Of a stretch of 64,000 nucleotides of DNA, positions 25,916-39,072 are shown one piece after another. Where the stretch lies: positions 16,182,001 through 16,246,000 of the forward strand of contig NC_091474.1 in NCBI RefSeq assembly GCF_036971445.1, written 5' to 3'. Source of the DNA: Narcine bancroftii (taxonomy: Eukaryota). Made by a program: the position numbers and the translations under genes. The notes below the pieces were generated by a model. The model saw only the letters and a program-made list of their open reading frames with translations. It had not been told where the DNA came from and made no database searches. Each line of letters opens with the position of its first letter. Within the stretch, counting starts at the first letter, position 1.

Positions 25916-26029
25916 ACAAGACTCCTGCATTATAATGTTCTACTATTGCCTAGAAAACTCTCCCCAATGAAGTAAGAATTCAAATCATGGCTTCATTCTT
26001 AAGATAGTAAACATAGCATTTTAATGTTG

Positions 26030-26970
26030 TACATTAATGATTTGAATCATGGAATGAATGGTTTTGTGGCCAAGTTTATAGATGATATGTAAGTAGGTGA
26101 AGAAGCAGACTGTGTACACAGAGGCTATAGAATAACTTAGAGAGATTAGAAGAATAGGTGAAGTGGCAAGTGAAATATAATTTTGGAAATTGCATTATGG
26201 TTGAAACAAACGGACAAACTTTTTTAAATGGGAAAAATGAAAATACACAGATGCAAAGGGACCTGGGAGTCCTCGTTCAGGTTAGCCTGAAGGTAAACTC
26301 GCATGTTGAGATGGTGGTGAAGAAGTCAAAAGCAATGCTGGCATTCATTTCAAGAGGAATAGAATATGAGAGCTGGAATGTGCTGTTGAGGCTTTATAAG
26401 GCACTGATGAGACCTGGAGTATTTTGGGATCCTCATTTAAGAGAAGATGTGCTGATGTTGGAGAGAATTCAAAGGAGGTTCACTAGGATGATTCCAGGAA
26501 TGAAAGGGTTATCATATGAGGAACGACTGACAGCTCTTGGCCTCTATTTATTGGAATTTAGGAGAATCGTGGGGGGTGGGGGTGGAATCTCATTGAAACA
26601 TTTTGAATATTGAAAGACATGGACAAAGTAGATGTAGAAATGCCCTTTCCCATGGTGGGAAAGTCTAGGACAAGAGGGCACAACTACAGGATTGAAGGGT
26701 GTCTGCTTAGAACAGAAATGCTAGCAAGTTCTTCAACCAGAGTCTGGTAAATTTGTGGAATTTGTTGAAATTCCAGGCATTTCTGGAGGCCAAGGATGTA
26801 TTTAATGCAGAAATTATTAGGTCCTTGATTAGCTAGGGCATCAAAGGTTATGGGGAGCAGGCCAGGGAGTGACGCTGAGTGGAGAAAATGGATCAGCTCA
26901 TGATTAAATGGTGGGGCAGACTCAATGGGCTGAATAGCCTATTTCTGCTCCTATGTGTTTATGGTCTTAA
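26030..26970 (+). mobile_element. CR1 LINE 3' portion
   Basis: RDLGVLV...KAMLAFISRGIEY...LYKAL...LERIQRRFTRMIPGMKGLSYEERL, followed by a CR1 3' tail. Confidence 0.88.
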
Positions 26971-27974
26971 AAAATTTTTTAATTCTCAATTTTTCTTTGT
27001 TCCTCTTTTTCACTTTTAATCCACTTTCTGTACCCTTTCCTGCACCCAACGCTAACCCATTCATTTCTTTCATATTTATTTTCTAATCCTCAAATCTCTG
27101 GGTTAAAAATGTTATAATGAATGCAAGAGACCGTAGGATGGAATTTCAAAGCCACACTCAATGGGTGAAGCACTGAAGTGCTCATTGGTTCCAGAAGTCT
27201 GTGAAATGATCATGGACGAAGCGTACAAGCTTCAAAGCAAATATTCCGGACCACAAACTTGATTGGCTCTGACACTAGCCAGCTGCCCAAGGTTCCTAAG
27301 TTTTCCCTTCTCAGGTTTTTTGGATTAGTCCCTTATGTTTCCATGCGTTTCACAGAATTATGTGGCTCCATTAATTACAGTCTAGTCATTTGGCACAATT
27401 CTCAAAGCCTTAAATGCATTCTTTCTATGTACACAGAAAAGCTTACCATTAGAAATAAACCACAAATGACCAGAAGATGCATTAATGAAGGGCTCTGAGA
27501 GCATGGAATACAGAAGAGGAGGCAAATCAACTCAGACAAGATTTCAACAACACATTTTCTTGAACATAAACAAACATCTTAAGCATTTTACAGATGCAGA
27601 GAGAAACATGGATTGGAAAGAGTTACAAAGAGAAATTTGCCCAGAGCTGGGTTCTAAAACAAACAAATGTATTTGTGGCAAAGAGGTACATGGTTCTCAA
27701 GAAAATATGATGACATGTGATAAGTTGACAAAATTAGACACACTACCACCATAAATTCGAGGAACAGAACTTTGTGCATTGTGTCATCCAATTTCAGGGA
27801 AATTAAAGTACTTAAAACAATGATTCTTGATCCCTGGTGTACGATGATGCAACTGCTCAAAAGCCAGAGCACGTGCCGTGAGCACTAACCATATGTGACA
27901 CAAATCTGGATGCCAGTTCCATAACTTTCAACTGTGTGTGCAGAAGCGAGCTCTCAACACACTCGCAGAGATGG

Positions 27975-28308
27975 AGTAAAAGTCCTAAAATCTGGACTAT
28001 TCAGGGATTAGGTTGGTCCTGATTTTCAGGATTCTCGGGAAAATTCAAAATTAAGAAGAATAAATAGGTGAATTTTGATAGTTTATTAACAAAACTTTTT
28101 TTTTTGGTGTAAAATACAAAGTACAAGACACCAATTTAATTTTTTTTTCTTACATTTCCGTGAGTTCCCCGTGGTCATTTGTTGCCGCTGTGCACCTGAG
28201 GCACTTGCGCATGCACACACGCATGCAAAAGCTGAGAGTTTTCAAGAAATCCAAATTTCTCAGGTGGTCCAGATTTCTGGCATTTCGATTTTTGGGATTT
28301 TATTGCAC
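27975..28308. mobile_element. Possible Tigger/pogo-like MITE remnant
   Basis: Degenerate inverted ends ('agtaaaagtcctaaaatctgg' and 'gattttgggattttattg'). Confidence 0.3.
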
Positions 28309-30664
28309 TTTAGAAAGTCTCAAATGGAACCTTTCTTAGCACTCTCAAACTAATCCGAAGAACTCAGTTCGGCATGCTAAATAATTTTCTTTTACTCACC
28401 TCTTCCACACCTCCACTCACAGCCTCTCCCATCCTCTCTATTGTGACCTATGCCCAGAGTTTTATCATTGCGAATTCCTGAGGCAATCTCACCTGCAACA
28501 ACACCTTCCACATTCACATATCCACAGTGCACTCTGCCCAGTTTATCTAACTTCACTGTGATCCATAATTGCTTTCTTCTATTGATCTGTTACGTAAATA
28601 AACATAAATGCCTACTCTGGAACTTTGACACCTGACTCTGACAGTCCCATCTTGATACCTGCTCTAGCCTTAATGTGCCTTCTTTCAAGAGATGCAAGGC
28701 TGGCTTCACCTTGCCCTGGACACTCAGCATTAACCTCTGCTGATGTGACCTAGCCAATGAACAACTAGCAAACGAGCAGACAATTAAAAAAAGCTTACAT
28801 TCCACTCAACAGGTGGGAGATTCATACAACTTATTTTCTTATGCCAGTTTCCTAGAGACCATCAGATTTAGAGACAGATAAATGAGCTAGGAGCCTAGCT
28901 GCATAACAAACCATCTTCGAGGAAATCAAATGTATTGCAATGTAAATTTGCATTTAGGTAATAATTCTTGCAAAGAATTACCTGAAAACCAAAATAAGAA
29001 ACACAAGAATCCTTTGCAATCATAAAGCGAATTAATTACTGATAGTCGAGATCTGAAGTAAAACTGAAAATCCGACATCTGTGGAGGGAATTATTGCTTT
29101 GGATCTATGACTTTTCATCAGATCCCCCTGCTCCTTTGCTTTGATCTCAGAAATCTATGCTGAATGCACATGGCAAACTGATATTTGAGAAGTACACAAC
29201 TTTGAAATCCCTATTTTGTGGAAGAAATTGCTCATTGATTGTGGTAAGGAGTAATATTTTGCATTCCCAAAGCATTACACCATCAAAGTTGTACACATCT
29301 CTCAAAATAAAAATTAGCAAAAGTTTCACAAGACAATTAACACTTCATACATGGTGAAAACAAAGCAACAAACCTCACAATTTTAAAGCTCTCACACCAT
29401 CATTTTCAAATTATATAAATTTTGCAATATTAAAGGTAAGGGCTTGGCTAAAACCACACAGTTCATATAAATGAATACAGACCAAACCAATATGTACAAA
29501 AGGGTGGTGGCATTACTCACTGGACCACCTCAACCAGCTGCAGTAGACTTGCTGTGGTTTGGAGGACACTGAGTTCAGGGTTCTCGTCTCAAGGTTTTAA
29601 ATAGACATGGTTACGTTCCCAAGATTAGGAAATACTGTCACTCAAGCCTTTGAGTATTTTCCTTCCGTCAATGGTGCCAAGGATTGGCTTAGTCATGACA
29701 AGGTTATTTGAAGCCCATATACTTGAGTCCACTTCAAAAACTGTTTAATTTGGGCAACAAAACAAATTTTTCTTTCCAGTTGTCTAAACATAATTGTGAT
29801 TGGAGGGATATTATTCAACACCGAAATAACTAATTCCCTTCGGAATTAATGACTCTATCAAAAGAAAAACACAATCAGAAACTGAAAGAACATCAACCAA
29901 GGCATCTCAGTAAATGTTTGAATGTCATCACAGATTTAATAGAGCAACCTTCAGCTAATGAAGCACTAAAATATACAATTTACTAACACATCTGCTTGTA
30001 TATTCCGGTACTGATGTTAGAGACACATAGCTACTATTAAACTTGATCTGATTAACCACACCACCCTTCTGCCAATGTTTGTTTTGTTATCCCCTTCCTG
30101 GAAGAGACTGGACTCTCCCAGGTTCATTCACAGCCAGGAAATCACAACAATGGCTTAGTTTCCTGCTCCAGTGGTAGAATTTCTGTCATCTCTCATGGAT
30201 TGCCCTTTGATGACTTTCCGGCTTCAGTAACCTCAAGCAAAATCACACAAATATTCAAGCTCTCTCTCATCACCTCTCTTGGCTCCACCATCGTCTCCAA
30301 GTTGCCAGAGAGCATGTCTGTCATCAAGAGTCCATGACCAGAAATTTCCTTCAAACATTTCTTTTAATTTTAATTATATGGCATGGTTGAATGCCTTTCT
30401 GGCCCATGAAACCTGTGTCGCCCAATTATACCCAATGAACTTACCAACTGTGGTAAACCACTGTTGCACCATGATTGGCTGATATGGACTGGAGATGCCT
30501 CCCAAGGCTAATCCTTCCCCTTAGGCCCTTACAGGCTATTCCTTTTCTTTTTGCTCTGATCAGTCAAAGAGGAGGATGGTTGTTTGATAGTGTTCCAGTC
30601 TTTAGCTATTAAAAGCCTGATTGTTTCACAACTCAGTCTTTTGTGAATTATTAATGGTACATTA

Positions 30665-31447
30665 ATTTCATCAGATGCAAGGATCGACAATGAGATAGAC
30701 AACAGACTCGCCAAGGCAAATAGCGCCTTTGGAAGACTACACAAAAGAGTCTGGAAAAACAACCAACTGAAAAACCTCACAAAGATAAGCGTATACAGAG
30801 CCGTTGTCATACCCACACTCCTGTTCGGCTCCGAATCATGGGTCCTCTACCGGCACCACCTACGGCTCCTAGAACGCTTCCACCAGCGTTGTCTCCGCTC
30901 CATCCTCAACATCCATTGGAGCGCTCACACCCCTAACGTCGAGGTACTCGAGATGGCAGAGGTCGACAGCATCGAGTCCACGCTGCTGAAGATCCAGCTG
31001 CGCTGGATGGGTCACGTCTCCAGAATGGAGGACCATCGCCTTCCCAAGATCGTATTATATGGCGAGCTCTCCACTGGCCACCGTGACAGAGGTGCACCAA
31101 AGAAAAGGTACAAGGACTGCCTAAAGAAATCTCTTGGTGCCTGCCACATTGACCACCGCCAGTGGGCTGATAACGCCTCAAACCGTGCATCTTGGCGCCT
31201 CACAGTTTGGCGGGCAGCAGCCTCCTTTGAAGAAGACCGCAGAGCCCACCTCACTGACAAAAGGCAAAGGAGGAAAAACCCAACACCCAACCCCAACCAA
31301 CCAATTTTCCCTTGCAACCGCTGCAATCGTGTCTGCCTGTCCCGCATCGGACTGGTCAGCCACAAACGAGCCTGCAGCTGACGTGGACTTTTTACCCCCT
31401 CCATAAATCTTCGTCCGCGAAGCCAAGCCAAAGAAAAAGAAAAAGAA
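30665..31447 (+). mobile_element. RTE-clade LINE, 5'-truncated young copy
   Basis: ORF C-terminus with zinc-finger-like end and (AAAAG)n tail; 10-bp TSD aatggtacat at 30653-30662 and 31448-31457. Confidence 0.94.
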
Positions 31448-31581
31448 AATGGTACATCACTAACCCTATATGCTTTTGCAGGATGAGAGGAAACCAAGGA
31501 ACATCCACACAAGTAGGAGGAAGAACCATACAAATGCCTTTCAGATAGCGCTGGTTTTAAACCCAGGTGGCTCGCATTGTA

Positions 31582-34500
31582 CTCTTCTTTCTTTGGCTTG
31601 GCTTCGTGGACGAAGATTTATGAGGGGTAATGTCCACGTCAGCTGCAGGCTCGTTTGTGGCTGACAAGTCTGATGCAGGACAGGCAGACACGGATGCAGC
31701 GGTTGCAAGGGAAAATTGGTTGGTTGGGGGTTGGGCGTTGGGTTTTTCCTCCTTTGTCTTTTGTCAGTGAGGTGGGCTCTGCAGTCTTCTTCAAAGGAGG
31801 TTGCTGCCCGCCGAACTGTGAGGCTCCAAGATGCACGGTTTGAGGCGATATCAGCCCACTGGCGATGGTCAATGTGGCAGGCACCAAGAGCTTTCTTTAG
31901 GCAGTCCTTGTACCTCTTCTTTGGTGCACTTCTGTCTCAGTGGCCAGTGGAGAGCTCGCCATATAACACGATCTTGGGAAGGCGATGGTCCTCCATTCTG
32001 GAGACGTGACCTACCCAGGGCAGTTGGATCTTCAGCAGCGTGGATTCGATGCTGTCGGCCTCTGCCATCTCGAGTACTTCGATGTTGGAGATGAAGTCGC
32101 TCCAATGAAACATTCTAGGAGCCATAGGTGATGCCAGTAGAGGACCCATGATTCGGAGCCGAACAGGAGTGTGGGTATGACAATGGCTCTGTATACGCTA
32201 ATCTTCGTGAGGTTTTTCAGATGGTTGTTTTTCCAGACTCTTTTGTGTAGTCTTCCAAAGGCGCTATTTGCCTTGGCGAGTCTGTTGTCTATCTCATTGT
32301 CGATCCTTGCATCCGATGAATTGGTGCAGCCGAGATAGGTAAACTGGTTGACCGTTTTGAGTTTTGTGTGCCCGATGTAGATGTGGGGTGGCTGGTAGTC
32401 ATGGTGGGGAGCTGGCTGATGGAGGACCTCAGTTTTCTTCAGGCTGACTTCCAGGCCAAACATTTTGGCAGTTTCCGCAAAACAGGACATCAAGCGCTGA
32501 AGAGCTGGCTCTGAATGGGCAACTAAAGCGGCATCATCTGCAAAGAGTAGTTCATGGACAAGTGTGAGCTTGGAGGCGCCTCAGATTGAAGAGACTGCCA
32601 TCCGTGCGGTACCGGATATAAATAGCGTCTTCATTGTTGAGGTCTTTCATGGCTTGTTTCAGCATCATGCTGAAGAAGATTGAAAAGAGAGTTGGTGCAA
32701 AAACGCAGCCTTGCTTAACGCCATTGTTAATGGAGAAGGGTTCAGAGAGCTCATTGCTGTATCTGACCCGACCTTGTTGGTTTTCGTGCAGTTGGCTAAC
32801 CATGTTGAGGAACTTCGGGGGGAATCCGAGGCGCTCTAGTATTTGCCAAAGCCCTTTCCTGCTCATGGTGTCGAAGGCTTTGGTGAGGTCAGCAAAGGTG
32901 ATGTAGAGTCCTTTGTTTTGTTCTCTGTACTTTTCTTGGAGCTGTCTGAGGGCAAAGACCATGGCAGTAGTTCCTCTGTTTGCGCGAAAGCCACACTGTA
33001 ATTCTGGGAGAACATTTTCGGCGACACTAGGTATTATTCAGTTTAGGAGAATCCTAGCGAAGATTTTGCCTGCGATGGAGAGCAGCGTGATTCCCCTGTA
33101 GTTTGAGCAGTCTGATTTCTCACCTTTGTTTTTGTACAAAGTGATGATGATGGCATCACGAAGGTCCTGAGGCAGCTTTCCTTGGTCCCAGCAGAGCTTG
33201 AAAAACTCATGCAGTTTGTCATGCAGAGTTTATCCGCCAGCCTTCCAGACCTCTTGGGGGTGGATTCCATCCATACCTGCTGCTTTGCCACTTTTCAGTT
33301 GTTCAATTGCCTTATATGTCTCTTCCCAGGTGAGGACATCATCCAGCTCTAGCCTTAAGGGCTGTTGAGGGAGCTGGAGCAGGGCGGATTCTTGGACTGA
33401 GTGGTTGGCACTGAAAAGAGATTGGAAGTGTTCTGACCATCGGTTGAGGATGGATATCTTGTCGCTGAGGAGGACTTGGCCGTCTGAGCTGCGCAGCGGG
33501 CTTTGGACTTGGGGTGAGGGGCCATACACAGCCTTTAGAGCCTCGTAAAAACCCCTGAAGTCGCCAATGTCTGCGCTGAGCTGGGTTCGTTTGGCGAGGC
33601 TAGTTCACCACTCATTTTGGATCTCCCGGAGTTTGCAGTGAAGATGGCTGCATGTGCGACGGAAGGCTCGTTTCTTCTCTGGACAGGACGGCTTTGCAAG
33701 GTGAGCCTGGTGGGCAGCTCGCTTCTTTGCCAGCAGCTCCTGGATTTCCTGGTTGTTTTCGTCAAACCAGTCCTTGTTTTTCCTGGAGGAGAAGCCCAGT
33801 ACCTCTTCAGTGGATTGCAGTATGGTAGTCTTCAGCTGATCCCAGAGGGTTTCAGGGGACGAGTTCGTGAGGCGGATTGCATCCTCGAGCTTTGCTTTGA
33901 GGTTTTCCTGGATGTTTCCTCTCACTTTGTCTGACTGTAAGTTTCCAACATTGAACCTCTTTATGGGGGCTTTACTGTTCCTGGACTTTGGCTTGAAGTG
34001 AAGGTTGAGCTTGCAGCGAACCAGCCGGTGGTCAGTGTGGCATTCCGCGCTGGGCATGACCCTGGTGTGGAGCACATCTCGTTTGTCTCTTTCTCGCACC
34101 AGGATGTAGTCCAGGAGGTGCCAGTGTTTGGATTGGGGATGCATCCAGGTAGTCTTCAGGCTGTCCCTCTGCTGAAAAAGGGTGTTTGTAATGACAAGCC
34201 GCTGTTCTGCGCAAAGCTCCAACAGGAGGCGCCCGTTGTCGTTGCACTTGCCGACACCATGCTTGCCCAGGATTCCTGGCCAGGTTTCTGAGTCTTTGCC
34301 GACGCAAGCGTTGAAGTCGCCAAGGATGACAACCTTGTCTGCTGTAGGGGTGCGTTGAATGAGGTTGCGCAGATCAGTGTAGAATTTGTCCTTTTCTGCT
34401 GGTTCCACCTGGAGGGTTGGAGCATAGATACTGATGAGGGTGATGCGACGCTTGTTTTGAAGGGGGTGTCGCACGGACATGATCCGGTCCGAGTGGCCTG

Positions 34501-35190
34501 TCGGGAGGTTTTCGAGTTTGGAGGCAATGAAGTTCTTGACCATTAAGCCTACACCAGAGAGGCGTCGTTCATCCATAGGCATGCCAGACGAGTAGTGTGT
34601 TTAGCCCGCGCTGCATTCTTGGAGGCTGCCTACATCTGCAAGGCAGACTTCACAGAGAGCGGCTATGTCGATGTCAAATCTGAGGAGTTCATGTGTGATG
34701 AGGGCAGACCGACGTTCGGGTCGGTGGCTGTCAGCTTTGACTAGCATGGTTCTGATGTTCCAGCATGCTCGCTTGAGTTTGTGAGCATCTTTTGAGGTGG
34801 AGGACGTGGACCTGTCCTCGGGCCTGTGCAAAGGAGCTTTTAGGTGGAGTGCAGTGTGCGCAGTACTGGCCCCACCCTTTACACCCATGGTTCGTGTGCC
34901 GTAGCCAAGCAAGCTGGGTCGTGGCAGCGAGGTCCTTGGGTTGTAGGTTTTATATCAGAGTGGCCTTCTCCTATTCAGGTTTCTTACCCGGGCTGGAGGG
35001 GCCTGCCTCCCCTCCTAGGTCGGACCATACCTGGTTGCAAATCACCTGTGGTCATGGCCTAGGTAAGTTTAATTGGGTTCTCTAACTACCTCTGAGGTAG
35101 GTCAGAGACCCGGTTGGATTCTGATGGGGTTGACTGAGTCACACCCTTTCTTACTGCTGTGTAACTGGGGTGTAAAATTTTACACCCCAG
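31582..35190 (-). mobile_element. Near full-length RTE LINE (single ORF APE endonuclease + RT, disrupted), inserted into a V-SINE
   Basis: ACWNIRTM...RPERRSALI..EL..FDIDIAAL, IYAPT, VILGDFNA and TDHRLV (APE); DLTKAFD, GVKQGC and LLFADD (RT); several frameshifts. Probable TSD gcattgta/gcattata; the SINE resumes at about 35191. Confidence 0.93.
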
Positions 35191-35429
35191 GCATTATAAT
35201 AGTGTTAAGCTAACCACAACACTAGGCCATACTGTTCTTTCACGAGATCATAGCCATTTCTTTTATTTCCTTGCTTTTTTCAAGCACTGACCTTCCACTC
35301 TTTTGGGTAACCATGAAATTGACCCAGTCTATGCTTAACCCCAATGTCACATTTCTGTTGAGATAGTTTTGGAACACATATTTACATTTTCACTGATATC
35401 CACTATTTTCATCCATAATAACTGCTATT

Positions 35430-36240
35430 TTTAAGGCCTCAATGATTATCACCCCGTAGCACTTGCTTCCACCATTATGAAATACTTCAAACACCTGGTG
35501 ATTGAACGCATGAAAGCACACCTTCCAGAGACACTGGACCCATTTCAATTTGTCTACTGAAGAAACCATTTCACTGATGATATCATAGCCTTGTCCCACT
35601 ACTCCATCCTGATCCACCTGGAAAACAACGCCTCATATGCCAGGCTGCTATTCATTGACTTCAGCTCAGCATCTAATGTGATCATTCCCGACAGGCTGGT
35701 GGAGAAGCTGGGACTCAACACTCCTCTTTGTATCTGGATTCTGCCCTTCCTGATGGAAGGAATATAGTCTCTCCAGATAGAGGCGGAACATCGAGCACTG
35801 TCACGCTGAACACTGGTGCACCTCAAGGCTTGTGTGCTCAGCCCACTCCCATTCGTGCTACTGACCCACGACTGCATTGCAAGATCCAACCAGTTTGTAG
35901 ATAGCACAACTGTACTTGGCCTCATCAGCCATCAACGATAAATTGCACTACAGAGAAGAGGTGGAAAATCTCATGCTTTTGTGCAATAACAACCCGAGTT
36001 TCAATGTGGACAAGATGAAGGTGATGATCGTGGACATCAGGAGGATCAGGAATGATCACCCTCCACTACATGTCAGTAACTTGGCAGTGAAGAAAGTAGA
36101 GAATCCACTTAACAGGTGACCTTTTGTGGGCACATATCTCCTCACTTGCCAGGAAGGTGCAACAGTGACTGCACTTTCTGAGAAGAGTGAAATGGGCAAG
36201 GCTACCATCCACCATTATGTCAATCTACAGAGGCGCTACA
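35430..36240 (+). mobile_element. Rex1/Babar RT fragment
   Basis: LDPFQF.Y...TDDII...[19 protein letters not shown] and TGAPQG motifs, degraded. Confidence 0.8.
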
Positions 36241-37339
36241 TGATTTAAAAAAAAACCTTTATTCATTCATTGTTGAGAATCTCCATCTCATTGAGAGGAC
36301 CAACATTTATTGCCCATTTCCAATTGCCCCAGAGAAGATGGTGATAAGCAGACTGCTTCAACTCCTGCAGCCTTTCAGGTGAAGTTACCACCTGAATATT
36401 GTTAGCAAGTTCGAGGAAACAGTGATGAACCTCCTAATTTGGAATACACACAAGTACCTTGAGAGGGGAACATGCAGGTCATGAAACACACATCCTTTTT
36501 AGTGATAGAGCTGACAGGTTTTGGAGTTACTGCCAGAATAGAGATGAATTTTCTTGAAGGAGTAACTGAGTCACAGTGGTGTGGGAAAGTACAGCACAGA
36601 ATCAGACCCATTGATCCAGGATGTCAGCATCAATCAGGACGCCAAACTAACTTAAATGAAACAATTAGAATGATTTAAGATTATTTTATTGTTATGTGAA
36701 AGAACAGAAAATGTAATACAGGGCTTTACACTACCATAAGGTAGACAAAGATTCTCTATCAGCAGAAATTGCCCAATGCCCCTTACAATCCGAGATTCAA
36801 TTCACTGAATGTCCATTGCTTTGCCTCCAGCGCTCCCACAGCCACATAACCTTCAGTCCAAACCATCAGCACCCTGAGCTTCAGATGCACACCTTAGACT
36901 GAAAAGTGTCCGGTCCCAAGGATTTTGGATAAAAGGATAAGCACCTGTATTCCATTGCACTCTTGATTTATGCTTTTTAGATGGTGGAAAGGCAGTGGGA
37001 TGTCAAATAGTGCTATATAAACACAATCTGTTGAAGTATAGGGGCAAAGACATTTTGGACAATGATTGAACAGGCTGGGTTTTTTTTCTTTTTGAAAGAA
37101 GAGTTGATTATGGACTAAAAATTATGAATGGGCAGGTGGAAAAGCAGAACCTTTATTTGGAGAAATAACCAGAACTAGGAATCAAAAATGCAAGCTCATT
37201 ATTGATAAGAATCACGTCTTTCTAGAAATGCTGCCTTGCCTCATGGACATTTTCTTTTTTATATCCAGCATCTGCATTTTCTTTTTATTTTCAAGATTAT
37301 TAATTCAATAGAGCAATTAACATGGCACTATTAGTGTAG

Positions 37340-37590
37340 GGGTGGCATGGTCAGTATAGTGGTTTGCACATTACCACCGCTTTAGTGACCCAGGTTAGAA
37401 TGTGGTGCTGTCTCTAAAGAGCTTAATATGCTCTCCCAATGTCTGTTTGGAGTTTATCTGGGTGCTCTGGTTCCCTCCCACATTGCAAAGACATACAGGA
37501 TTAGCAGGTTAATTGGTCATACGCATTTGGGCAGCACAGGCTCATGGGCCAGGAAGGCCTGTTACCATGTTCTATAACTAAATTCAAAAA
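37340..37590 (+). mobile_element. V-SINE copy
   Basis: tRNA-like head plus 'gggtgctctggttccctcccacattgcaaagac' V-domain. Confidence 0.65.
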
Positions 37591-37764
37591 TGTAATTAAC
37601 AGAAAGTATTTTACCAGAAAAATTTAGAATATAGAACTTATTGTTTCAGAAAAAGAGTCCAGCCAAATAATAAATGCTGTCAGTAGCAAACTCGATATAT
37701 ACAAGAGGAAAAAGACAATGAGATAGATGAAAAGGGAATAAGGGCATTAGTTTGGGTTAGTGAG

Positions 37765-38355
37765 GGGTTAACCTATGAGAAGGGGTTGAATCACCTGGGA
37801 CTACGCTCACTAGAATTCAGAAGAATTGAGGGGATTTCATTGAAACAAAAAAATTATGAAAGGGATGGAAAAGATAGAGGAAAGTTGTTGCAGGTCTAGG
37901 GGAGGAGATTTAGAACACAGATGCAGAGGAACTGCTTTTCCTAAAACCAGTGAATTTGTGGAATTCTCTTCCCAAAGAAGCCATTGAAACTATCTCATTA
38001 AATAGATTTGAGAGATTGTTGGAGAGGAGAGGGAGTGATGGGTTAGGGGAAAAGGCAGTGAAGTGGAGCCGAGTCTGTGGCCAGATCGGCCACAATTGGC
38101 ACTCGGTGACTCTGTGGGGGTGGGCGGGGAGACACTTCTCTTTTGCTTCTTCTCTCTCTGACTGTGAAACTGTAGGAGGTGCTTGGGAAATTCCTGCCAG
38201 TCGGTGGCAGATCTGTCAGCCTTGCAGCAGTCAAAGAGAACTTTCATGTAATATGACCCTATTTTATTACTAGGATAATAAATTAAATCTTGAATCGTAT
38301 TGAATGGCAGTGCAGGACCGATGGGCCAGGCTATCTCCTTCTGCTCTGATTTATT
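37765..38355 (+). mobile_element. CR1 3' fragment with a nested short LINE-tail insertion (about 38092-38295)
   Basis: ctatgagaaggggttgaatcacctgggact...NLWNSLP...; interrupted by a sequence ending aataaaattaaatcttgaatc. Confidence 0.6.
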
Positions 38356-39072
38356 ACATCCTTATGTTCAAATATCCTTTTAGGGAAGGAAATTTTCTAA
38401 CTTCATCTGATTCAAACGATGTGCAACTCCAGACCCGGAAGTAGTTGATTCTTAATTGCCTTTTGCACCAGTCCTGGGATTTACTCAGTTCAAGATTAAT
38501 TAGGGATGGGCCAATAATTGGCCTTGTCAATGATACCCTCATCTTGAGCATGAACAGGTGACAAGAGAGGTTCAATGATGCATGAAAATCTTTTGATAAT
38601 GAGAAATAAAAAAAGTCCCCATTGATTTTGATTAATTTGACGGACAATGGAAAACTTTGTATAAAAGGTAGAAAACAATGAGGAGCATTTAGAATGAGCA
38701 ATGGAAAGGCTCTGAACTGATCCGAGACACCATGTAAATTCTGCCTGGCCTGCAGTAAAAAGAACCTCAGGGTTGTACATGATGTTATGCACTCTGATAA
38801 TAGATCTGAACTTTCAACTTTGGAGACATATATCAAAAAGCAACCTCAAGAATTACAGGGCAAGCTTTCAGGGAGGCAAAATTATTATTCAGTATTCTGT
38901 TTCTCTTGGCTCACCAGTGGTTATAACTTGTGAGGAGTTTGAGGAGATTCAGTATGTCACCGAACACTCTCCAAAACTTCTGCAGGTGTACCGTATGGTG
39001 CATTCCGGCCGGTGGCCACCCTGTCTGGCATGCTGGCACCAACGCTCAGAACAAGAGAAAGATACTCCAGGG

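Noticed and set aside
4857-34527. Many recurring antisense and alternate-frame ORFs (MHGLRRYQPT..., MVPATLTTAS...)
   Set aside because: Shadows of the GC-rich RTE coding sequence repeated in each copy, not independent genes.
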